From the IMG/VR virus record IMGVR_UViG_3300046517_000866, positions 1 to 64,000 of that record: a stretch of DNA of 64,000 nt; one strand, written 5' to 3'. Under the pieces are notes generated by a model. It saw only the letters and a list, made by a program, of their open reading frames with translations. It had not been told where the DNA came from and did no database searches. A program made the position numbers and the translations under genes. The DNA is from a virus. Below are positions 1 to 6,420 of this stretch, piece by piece; positions within the stretch are counted from its first letter, which is position 1, and each line of letters begins with the position of its first letter.

Positions 1-66
1 CGGAACTGCAGACGTAACGTACATCACTTTTCCGTCTTTCATAGACCCACATTTTTCTAAGGTCAT
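1..66 (-). CDS. Early hypothetical protein, N-terminal part only (MTLEKCGSMKDGKVMYVTSAVP..., runs off window)
   Basis: ATG at 66 preceded by GGAGAGAGACAA RBS, downstream of hammerhead HH1; frame open to window edge. Confidence 0.7.
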   Translation of the reverse strand, partial: MTLEKCGSMKDGKVMYVTSAVP

Positions 67-95
67 TTGTCTCTCTCCATTGATAGTTTTGGACT

Positions 96-152
96 GACCA
101 TCATCAGACACAGCATAACTGTGTGACACGGGAGTAATCCCGTGTTTCGGTC
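96..152 (-). ncRNA. Type II hammerhead ribozyme HH1
   Basis: Minus strand GACC-GAAAC-ACGGGA-UUAC-UCCCGU-GUC^-ACACAG-UUAUG-CUGUGU-CUGAUGA-U-GGUC; all core nucleotides and three stems present; predicted cut 3' of C at 125. Confidence 0.93.
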
Positions 153-325
153 TATTCGTCCTTGTCCATTTCGGACGCGACTTCTGTCAACTTGCGCCGC
201 AAACCTCGCAAGTGATCACGATAACGAATGCCAGGTTCAGTCCGAGGTTTTGCCGGTTGCTTGTCAAGCGCAACGTCAACCAAACTGAGAAGTGTGTTAA
301 CATCATAAAAGTCCAGGTCCATCAT
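152..325 (-). CDS. Early hypothetical protein (57 aa, MMDLDFYD...)
   Basis: Start reassigned to the ATG after the GGAGAGAGAGACA RBS; TAG stop overlaps stem II of HH1. Confidence 0.75.
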   Translation of the reverse strand: MMDLDFYDVNTLLSLVDVALDKQPAKPRTEPGIRYRDHLRGLRRKLTEVASEMDKDE

Positions 326-349
326 TGTCTCTCTCTCCATTTATGTTCT

Positions 350-406
350 GACCATCATCAGACACAGCATAACTGTGTGACACGGGAGTAATCCCGTGTT
401 TCGGTC
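350..406 (-). ncRNA. Type II hammerhead ribozyme HH2 (identical to HH1)
   Basis: 57-nt exact copy of HH1; cut 3' of C at 379; downstream CAUAA can pair with loop I UUAUG. Confidence 0.93.
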
Positions 407-410
407 TTTT

Positions 411-665
411 TTAATCAACTCGCCAAACCTCTAGCATTTCATCGATCGTGGCGTACTCGATCTTTTCGAGCGGCGCTATAGCATCGCTGAGCTTGCCAGA
501 TGGCAGGCCGAAGATATACCCAAGGTACACAGTCTTGCGATGCTTGTCAGCGATTACAAACCCGCAGTAATCATCACGATGAAAATCTCCGGACTTGCGC
601 TTTAAGGGGCACAAAGGCCAACGGGGCCATTCGATTGGTGAATTGATAAACTCTTTATCTGTCAT
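411..665 (-). CDS. Early hypothetical protein (84 aa)
   Basis: ORF track; AAGGAGAGAGACAA RBS; bounded by HH3 and HH2. Confidence 0.8.
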   Translation of the reverse strand: MTDKEFINSPIEWPRWPLCPLKRKSGDFHRDDYCGFVIADKHRKTVYLGYIFGLPSGKLSDAIAPLEKIEYATIDEMLEVWRVD

Positions 666-685
666 TTGTCTCTCTCCTTACTTCT

Positions 686-738
686 GACCATCATCAGACA
701 CAGCATAACTGTGTGACGGCCCGTAGGCCGTTTCGGTC
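686..738 (-). ncRNA. Type II hammerhead ribozyme HH3
   Basis: GACC-GAAAC-GGCC-UACG-GGCC-GUC^-ACACAG-UUAUG-CUGUGU-CUGAUGA-U-GGUC; stem III replaced but still paired; cut at 715. Confidence 0.93.
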
Positions 739-742
739 TTTG

Positions 743-1501
743 TTATGATGCAATTTGCCTTGTCGTGTTGCTGGTCAACTGACCATCCAACCCGATTTCA
801 CCCCCTGCCCGATATCCATCACGGACGCCAGCAGCATGGTCCGTCTTGATCGGACGCTTTTTGGTAGTCAATGCTTTGCCAGTCGCGGCGATGACAGCTT
901 CGGCTTTCACCTTTGCCTGCTCATACATGTCAAGACACATGAGTGCCTTGCCAGTCGTTTCTGACACGACCTTGCCTGCTTTTGCGTCCGCAATCCGTTG
1001 AAAGATACGCGACACCAAACGGCCCGCACACATGTTGCGGAAGGACGTCTGGTATGAGGTGCGCTCTTTCGCGGGGTATGCCAACGATCCATCGCGGGCG
1101 AGCCGATCAACAGCGGACATGAGGTATTGAAACATCATCTTCGCCACCTCGACATTGTGCGGGGCGCCGACAAACGTGTGAACGTCATGACGGATTGTCC
1201 CGTACTTCGTGTTGACCTTGATGTACTTCGACGTATAGAAGTACTTGCAGAAATAGAGCGCTCCCGTTGCATTCGCCAACTGGCGGCGCCACGGGCGGGA
1301 CTCCGTCTCGCCAACTTCAATCATGCCGAACTCGTCATCCGTTTGCACGGACTCGACTTCGCTCATTGACAAATTGTACTCGGTTAAGATCGCTTGCGCC
1401 TTCGCTGCAGCCGAAGCTGCCTCGTTTTCGTTTGGCGAAGCAGAAAGGGCCAACAACTTGCGGACCCGTTCAATGACCTTCTCCCGATCGATTGCGTTCA
1501 T
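743..1501 (-). CDS. DUF2786-domain protein (252 aa)
   Basis: N-terminus IERVRKLLALSASPNENEAASAAAKAQAILTEYNL fits DUF2786; start moved to MNAIDREK after the RBS. Confidence 0.8.
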   Translation of the reverse strand: MNAIDREKVIERVRKLLALSASPNENEAASAAAKAQAILTEYNLSMSEVESVQTDDEFGMIEVGETESRPWRRQLANATGALYFCKYFYTSKYIKVNTKYGTIRHDVHTFVGAPHNVEVAKMMFQYLMSAVDRLARDGSLAYPAKERTSYQTSFRNMCAGRLVSRIFQRIADAKAGKVVSETTGKALMCLDMYEQAKVKAEAVIAATGKALTTKKRPIKTDHAAGVRDGYRAGGEIGLDGQLTSNTTRQIAS

Positions 1502-1528
1502 TGTCTCTCTCCATTGATAGTTTGGACT

Positions 1529-1585
1529 GACCATCATCAGACACAGCATAACTGTGTGACACGGGAGTAATCCCGTGTTTCGGTC
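1529..1585 (-). ncRNA. Type II hammerhead ribozyme HH4 (identical to HH1/HH2)
   Basis: 57-nt exact copy; flank to RBS also nearly identical to that of HH1; cut at 1558. Confidence 0.93.
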
Positions 1586-1589
1586 TTTT

Positions 1590-1877
1590 TCACTTAATTG
1601 GGTGATCCATGATCCCAGCAGCATCGATGTTTAATGTGCCATCTGGCAACAATCCGGGCGGCGTATCATCGACAGGCTTTACAACCTCACGTGCAACACG
1701 GTACGTAGTCGTCGCCTTAAAGCCCAATCCGATGGACTCAAAAGGGACAACAGTATAGTGATACAATTTTGCCTTGTCGCCACGAGCAAACTCGCCCGGA
1801 GCCATTGCATTCTCAAAAGCAGCACGTTTCCGCGCGCCTTCGAACGTCTTGTAAACAGTCTTCAAAAGCTTGGCCAT
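1590..1877 (-). CDS. Early hypothetical protein (95 aa) with C-terminal VDDTPPGLLPDGTLNI motif
   Basis: Start MAKLLKTV after RBS; motif shared with the ART at 62879-63559. Confidence 0.78.
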   Translation of the reverse strand: MAKLLKTVYKTFEGARKRAAFENAMAPGEFARGDKAKLYHYTVVPFESIGLGFKATTTYRVAREVVKPVDDTPPGLLPDGTLNIDAAGIMDHPIK

Positions 1878-1895
1878 TGTCTCTCTCCATTGGCT

Positions 1896-1961
1896 TGCCA
1901 TCATCAGTGTGAGGGGAAGCCACCCCGTCACAGACTCCCCGAATGTCGGGGAGTTTCGGCA
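1896..1961 (-). ncRNA. Type II hammerhead ribozyme HH5
   Basis: UGCC-GAAAC-UCCCCGA-CAU-UCGGGGA-GUC^-UGUGA(C)GGGG-UGGCUU-CCCCUCACA-CUGAUGA-U-GGCA; all stems differ from HH1 yet pair; loop I UGGCU pairs with downstream AGCCA; cut at 1933. Confidence 0.93.
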
Positions 1962-2333
1962 TTATCCTGGAACATTGCAAAGCACACCCAAAAGGAAGGC
2001 AACGCCTAACCGTTCGATCACCGTCTTCATGACCTCAGGAACGGGCGGGGCCGTTCCATGCTTGTCATCGCCGGAAAACGGTACCAGCATTGACACGCCA
2101 TAGAGGGGCTTAAACTCCCCGTCAGTAACATGCGGGAAGCCTTCAAAATACCGACCGGCCTCGATTGTGCGGCCATGTGCCGACACATAAACTCCCACTT
2201 CGGGATTAAGCCGATCGGGCAGAAACGCAAGCAAGTCCCGGTGCGTGCCATCATGTATTGGATCGATAGTCCACGTTCCGCGACGCGAGCGCATATAGTT
2301 TGCCCATGCGTCATACTCTTCTTTCGCGTTCAT
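1962..2333 (-). CDS. Early hypothetical protein (123 aa)
   Basis: ORF track; AGGAGAGAGACAA RBS; TAA abuts HH5. Confidence 0.8.
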   Translation of the reverse strand: MNAKEEYDAWANYMRSRRGTWTIDPIHDGTHRDLLAFLPDRLNPEVGVYVSAHGRTIEAGRYFEGFPHVTDGEFKPLYGVSMLVPFSGDDKHGTAPPVPEVMKTVIERLGVAFLLGVLCNVPG

Positions 2334-2344
2334 TTGTCTCTCTC

Positions 2345-2749
2345 CTATTTCTGACCATCATCAGGCATTGCATAACCTCGGACCCAAATGCAGAATGCGC
2401 CATCTTGAAAGAACACGTCCCAACCGTCGCCGATTGTCCAAAACCTCCCGTCAATTGCGGCAGGAATTTCCTCGAACTCGGCAAAGGTGTCAGTAAGGAC
2501 TGACATGATTTTTTCAAGATCAACTTGATACACGGGACCGCCGATCAGACAGACTTTGAAGGTCCACATGACCATATCGTCCGTCTTGTATGTGTCAGGC
2601 ACAACTTCTGAGTTGTAATCGACAATCGCGTCTCCGCCCGGATACTTTATCCGGGGTGCATTGATCTTTTTGATCACTGGGTCCAAAACGTTCCGAACCT
2701 TGGGACCAAAGGTATTGTAGAGTTCTAGTCCCAATTCGTTATTGTTCAT
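2345..2749 (-). CDS. Early hypothetical protein (134 aa); C-terminus YAMPDDGQK encoded by the ribozyme remnant
   Basis: Start MNNNELGL after RBS. Confidence 0.75.
   Translation of the reverse strand: MNNNELGLELYNTFGPKVRNVLDPVIKKINAPRIKYPGGDAIVDYNSEVVPDTYKTDDMVMWTFKVCLIGGPVYQVDLEKIMSVLTDTFAEFEEIPAAIDGRFWTIGDGWDVFFQDGAFCIWVRGYAMPDDGQK
2353..2376 (-). pseudogene. Truncated hammerhead remnant HH6 (3' half only)
   Basis: GUUAUGCAAUGC-CUGAUGA-U-GGUC identical to the 3' half of HH8; GAAAC, stem III and GUC absent; lies inside the end of the upstream ORF. Confidence 0.8.
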
Positions 2750-2767
2750 TGTCTCTCTCCATTGGCT

Positions 2768-2828
2768 TGTCATCATCAGTGCATCGATAGCCAATCGATA
2801 CAGACTCCCGTTGCCGGGAGTTTCGACA
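2768..2828 (-). ncRNA. Type II hammerhead ribozyme HH7
   Basis: UGUC-GAAAC-UCCCG-GCAA-CGGGA-GUC^-UGUAUCGAU-UGGCU-AUCGAUGCA-CUGAUGA-U-GACA-AGCCA; GNRA loop III; pseudoknot UGGCU/AGCCA; cut at 2803. Confidence 0.93.
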
Positions 2829-2830
2829 TT

Positions 2831-3007
2831 TTAGTGAGTCCAAGAATGGAACCACCGATTGATCGTCGAAGTTTTGAGTCCAGCGCGACGGGCATACCGT
2901 CTCGCGACAACATCACCAGACGAAAGGAAAAGCTTGAAGGTGTTGCTCTTTCGCGTACCGTCACGGAAGCAATGGCCGGTAAGCATCGCAGTTCTGATCG
3001 TATTCAT
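2831..3007 (-). CDS. Small basic HTH-like protein (58 aa), paralog of 3337-3549
   Basis: ARRYARRAGLKTSTINRWFHSW; start MNTIRTAM after RBS. Confidence 0.75.
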   Translation of the reverse strand: MNTIRTAMLTGHCFRDGTRKSNTFKLFLSSGDVVARRYARRAGLKTSTINRWFHSWTH

Positions 3008-3030
3008 TGTCTCTCTCCACATGGTTAACT

Positions 3031-3083
3031 GACCATCATCAGGCATTGCATAACAATGCGACGGCCCTTAGGCCGTTTCGGTC
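3031..3083 (-). ncRNA. Type II hammerhead ribozyme HH8
   Basis: GACC-GAAAC-GGCC-UAAG-GGCC-GUC^-GCAUUG-UUAUG-CAAUGC-CUGAUGA-U-GGUC; stem I covaries relative to HH3; cut at 3060. Confidence 0.93.
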
Positions 3084-3084
3084 T

Positions 3085-3249
3085 TTAGATTTTAATGTCA
3101 TCCATGTTTACGCACTTGGCGATAAAAAGATCGACCTTGAATGCCGGACTCAACGACTCCAATTTGTGAGCCATCGCGACGACAACATTGCGAGGGGCCT
3201 TTGTATTGCGAAGTACTTCCGCAATCACTTCATAATCTTTCCGTTTCAT
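3085..3249 (-). CDS. Early hypothetical protein, 54 aa, absent from ORF track (MKRKDYEVIAEVLRNTKAPRNVVVAMAHKLESLSPAFKVDLFIAKCVNMDDIKI)
   Basis: Manual translation; GGAGAGAGACA RBS; exactly fills the gap between HH9 and HH8. Confidence 0.8.
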   Translation of the reverse strand: MKRKDYEVIAEVLRNTKAPRNVVVAMAHKLESLSPAFKVDLFIAKCVNMDDIKI

Positions 3250-3270
3250 TGTCTCTCTCCATTGTTTGGC

Positions 3271-3335
3271 TTGTCATCATCAGCGACAGGGGAGCCACCC
3301 CGATCGGACTCCCCTCGAAAGGGGAGTTTCGACAA
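3271..3335 (-). ncRNA. Type II hammerhead ribozyme HH9
   Basis: UUGUC-GAAAC-UCCCCU-UUCG-AGGGGA-GUC^-CGAUCGGGG-UGGCU-CCCCUGUCG-CUGAUGA-U-GACAAGCCA; cut at 3307. Confidence 0.92.
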
Positions 3336-3336
3336 T

Positions 3337-3549
3337 TTAGCTTGACCAGGAATGGAACCAACGATCGATTGTGCTGGTCTTGATCCCGGCTCGCCGCGCA
3401 TATGCGCGAGCCATTTCGGGATCGCGCACAAAGCGGGAATAAGTCTTGTTTTTGCGGCTACCTGCCCGGAACATGTCCAACTCCTCTACAACAGGAGCCC
3501 GCTTTGCGCTGGCAATAGTCGTTTTGGTTGTGTTAGTGGCCATAGTCAT
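3337..3549 (-). CDS. Small basic HTH-like protein, first gene of the ribozyme array
   Basis: ARAYARRAGIKTSTIDRWFHSW; AAGGAGAGAGUC RBS. Confidence 0.75.
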   Translation of the reverse strand: MTMATNTTKTTIASAKRAPVVEELDMFRAGSRKNKTYSRFVRDPEMARAYARRAGIKTSTIDRWFHSWSS

Positions 3550-3570
3550 GACTCTCTCCTTAATGAGCTA

Positions 3571-3644
3571 TCATCATCGGACAGCAAGTGCTCAATCTAT
3601 GCTGTGACATGCGAGCCCTTTTTGACGGGGCCCACATGTTTCGA
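3571..3644 (-). ncRNA. Variant type II hammerhead ribozyme HH10 (core CCGAUGA, 2-bp stem II)
   Basis: UC-GAAAC-AUGUGGGCCC-loop-GGGCUCGCAU-GUC^-ACAGCA-UAGAUUGAGCACU-UGCUGU-CCGAUGA-U-GA; loop I UGAGC pairs with downstream GCUCA; cut at 3606. Confidence 0.8.
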
Positions 3645-4319
3645 ATTTTTGGAGAGAGAGAGACACCCAACGGCTTCGCCTGAAATGTGCGGCCCCTGTG
3701 CCAGTTAACATGATCGAAACAGCGCATTAGTCCGACAAGAGAGCACCTTTTGGACAGGCGCCAATCGAATGGTATTCCGTTCAAAGGGAATACCGCTTTG
3801 CCCTAGGATCAATCATGGACAAGCTATGTGAGTCCACAAATCAGTTTGCCTATGCCGGTCATCGCAGACAATCAAGGCGGGGTACTGATTTTTGATTTTC
3901 CATATCGATGCAAGAGCATCGCGGCAACAATGTGCATTGTGGAAAGCCAAAAATCAGATTGCCCGATCGAAGACAACATGTCCCGATCGGAGGGGCGTCC
4001 TGATTTTTATCGCGGATTATTGACATCCGCGCGGCGGATTGGGCGTGATGCTTGGCGCATTGGCGCGCGTCCCATCATAGGCGGCAAGCAATTTTATCTT
4101 GGATATCGCACGGGAGCCCTTGTTTCGGCATCGCTGGCGGTCCTTGCTCGGTCCTTGATCAGATTGGGAGGGGAAAATCGGCCCTTTTTGAGGGGGCTCG
4201 TGCTGTCCGCATGTCCTTGTCTGATGTTTAGTAATGTAAAGCATGCGGCTCCCAAATGCAATACCTTGGACTGCTAAATTTATCACAGGACTGTGATCGT
4301 CACGGCCCACAAAGGGCCC

Positions 4320-4400
4320 CCACGGAGCCGATTTTCGTAGGGGCCCTAGGATGGCACAGGGCGCAGCCAAAAACGGCTCCCTGAGGGCCTATCGCAGGGC
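4320..4400. repeat. Diverged copy of dispersed quasi-palindromic intergenic element
   Basis: Arms GGAGCCG/CGGCTCC around a GGGCCCTA...CAGGGCGC core; ends in TATCGCAGG (reverse complement of the CCTGCGATA at 33389 and 60914). Confidence 0.45.
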
Positions 4401-4482
4401 GCGGCACCTTTCGCCAGGAAGAAAGGAGCAGCGATCCGCGGCGCTGGAATGTTGACAAATCCGATCAACATTATCCAATTTG

Positions 4483-6036
4483 TCAACAATCTGCCTTTGC
4501 CTTCCCCTCCACAATCGCGTCGAAATACGATTGCCCCTCTGCATGGAACTCCCGAATGCGCTCGTCAACCGTTCCTCGAACCATGAAGTCATACAAGAAC
4601 ACACGCCTATGCTTTGACTCCTGCCGTTCGAACCGCCTCTCCATCTGCTTTCGCAGGATGACAGCAACGGGACTTTCGTAAACAAGCCCATACTGCGCGG
4701 ACTGCAAATTCAATCCATAGAAGCCTGCTTTCGCCAGGACAAACACGCGACATGCTGGATCATGATCGAACTCGTGCAACAGCGCCGCTGCGTCCTTTGT
4801 CTTCGAGTGCAAGCGAACGTGCTTAATCCCCAACTCCGTCAAGCCGCGCGAGATCACAGCGCCGGAGTAAATGAAATCATGAAACACAAGCACCTTACGA
4901 TCGGGGCGGATCGACTCCAATGTGGACAACAGCAACTCCAACTTTGGATTTGTAGGGAACTCAAACTGTGCCCGTGTTCCTTCCTCGTCATCATAGTAAC
5001 CCACAAACCCGGATGATATCTGCCGCATCCGAAGGAAGGCATTTTTCATTTCCAAATAATTGCCTTGCGCTGCAATGACGGAGTCTCGCGCTTTTTTGTA
5101 ATACAACTCCGCCGTCTGAGGTAGCGACACAAACTTCTCAATCTGAACCAACGCTGGAAGATCAGACTTATCCGCTGCATACCTCAGCGATCGGTTTGCA
5201 ACCGTCCGGTGTAATAATCCCAATTTCTTTGGGTCGATGGCATAATTGAACCCACCCCAAAAGTTGTCACTGGCTTTGAAAAATGCCGCCCGAAAGAGAC
5301 CAAGGGTTGGGCCCAAGGTCTCCCCTTTGTCAACGAGATACATCTGGGCCCACAAGTCGATCGGATCACGCCCAAAGGGCGTTCCTGTCAAGGCAAATAC
5401 TGTAGCAACACTTTTAGAGATTTGTCGGCATATCCTATATGGTAACTTACGATGATTTTTTACAACTGTGGACTCGTCCATCACAAGCCCATCAATACAA
5501 AGCATCAACCGCTTGATCTGTTTTGCATTGGGTTTCAATCGAGGCTTCTTTTTGCCCTTCTTCGGCGCGACAAAGGTACAGACCATCCTAATGAGGCCAG
5601 CGAATGTCTCCACAACTATCAAGGCGTCTGTCGCCTCGAGCTGCTTCCATTTGTCGGCACTGGACCCCCTCAATATGCAGTATCTGGTACCGGGAGAATG
5701 CTTCTTGATCTCACGCGCCCACTCATACTTCAAAATCTTGTTCGGCACCAAGACCAAAACACGCTTGTTCTTTTTCAGCTTTGCAAAGTAACGTATCAAT
5801 GCGATCGACAGCAACGTTTTTCCGGTTCCAGTATCATTCTGGAAATAGAAACGCCCTGTCTTGGCACCTGCCAAAAAGCAGACACGCTGATGTTGTCTGA
5901 GGGGCTTCCATATCGGGGGCTTGACGGGCAACTGATCCTTCAACTCGATCAGTTGCTCCCAAGTCAGTTTTTTATACCGGCGATAATCCTCGAGTTGCCG
6001 GTCCAAAAACGCCTTGATTGCACGTTTGAGTATCAA
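4483..6036 (-). CDS. SNF2-family (SF2) helicase
   Basis: DTGTGKT, MDEST, LTGTP, LRMRQISSGF, YGLNLQ motifs. Confidence 0.9.
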   Translation of the reverse strand: MILKRAIKAFLDRQLEDYRRYKKLTWEQLIELKDQLPVKPPIWKPLRQHQRVCFLAGAKTGRFYFQNDTGTGKTLLSIALIRYFAKLKKNKRVLVLVPNKILKYEWAREIKKHSPGTRYCILRGSSADKWKQLEATDALIVVETFAGLIRMVCTFVAPKKGKKKPRLKPNAKQIKRLMLCIDGLVMDESTVVKNHRKLPYRICRQISKSVATVFALTGTPFGRDPIDLWAQMYLVDKGETLGPTLGLFRAAFFKASDNFWGGFNYAIDPKKLGLLHRTVANRSLRYAADKSDLPALVQIEKFVSLPQTAELYYKKARDSVIAAQGNYLEMKNAFLRMRQISSGFVGYYDDEEGTRAQFEFPTNPKLELLLSTLESIRPDRKVLVFHDFIYSGAVISRGLTELGIKHVRLHSKTKDAAALLHEFDHDPACRVFVLAKAGFYGLNLQSAQYGLVYESPVAVILRKQMERRFERQESKHRRVFLYDFMVRGTVDERIREFHAEGQSYFDAIVEGKAKADC

Positions 6037-6240
6037 CTAATCAACCCACTTCCAGAACCGCCATCGTCCTCCGTTGTCACCTGATCCTTCTTTCCACCCC
6101 ACACTCGCATGCTTGTCATAGCGATACTCCCCATAATCTGTAGTCACCACCCCAAAAGGGGCGTCTGTTTGATCCCAACTCTTAATAATCTCCATCAACT
6201 CCCGCGCCGACACCAATTCGTCAGTTCGAACAAAGGGCAT
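6037..6240 (-). CDS. Hypothetical protein (start MPFVRTDE)
   Basis: Tightly packed in operon. Confidence 0.55.
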   Translation of the reverse strand: MPFVRTDELVSARELMEIIKSWDQTDAPFGVVTTDYGEYRYDKHASVGWKEGSGDNGGRWRFWKWVD

Positions 6241-6245
6241 GACAA

Positions 6246-6410
6246 TCACCAATACTTCCAAACAAAGTGTGCAGTAACAGCAAGAGCAAAAGCAACAATG
6301 ACCGCATAAACACACAAGATTGGTATAACGACCCAAAGAGAGGCACGGCGAACAATCTGATTGTTGCGTCTGATACGCATAATCTCGCTGTAGGTATCTT
6401 CCTCCCGCAT
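6246..6410 (-). CDS. Small membrane protein
   Basis: GGAGG RBS; hydrophobic C-terminal segment. Confidence 0.55.
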   Translation of the reverse strand: MREEDTYSEIMRIRRNNQIVRRASLWVVIPILCVYAVIVAFALAVTAHFVWKYW

Positions 6411-6420
6411 ATGCCACCTC

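Noticed and set aside
152-3046. Longer N-termini in the ORF track (MERET..., ...QWRET...)
   Set aside because: These extensions are translations of the ribozyme and the GGAGAGAGAC RBS; true starts follow the RBS.
96-3083. Integron attC cassette array (GTTATGC in loop I, gene-cassette layout)
   Set aside because: No RYYYAAC...GTTRRRY bracketing with L boxes and no integrase in the window; GTTATG is missing from HH5, HH7, HH9 and HH10 while the hammerhead core is kept.
96-3335. CRISPR array interpretation of the early repeats
   Set aside because: Repeats are 53-74 nt with variable stems, the intervening sequences are 170-790-nt ORFs with RBSs, and no cas genes are present.
96-3644. Repeats as simple rho-independent terminators or promoters
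   Set aside because: On the coding strand the hairpins are not followed by U-runs, and the conserved bases are exactly the hammerhead catalytic core rather than -35/-10 boxes.
3560-4370. ORFs 3560-3784, 3828-4277 and 4017-4370
   Set aside because: No RBS or recognisable motifs; they overlap HH10 and the presumed control region.
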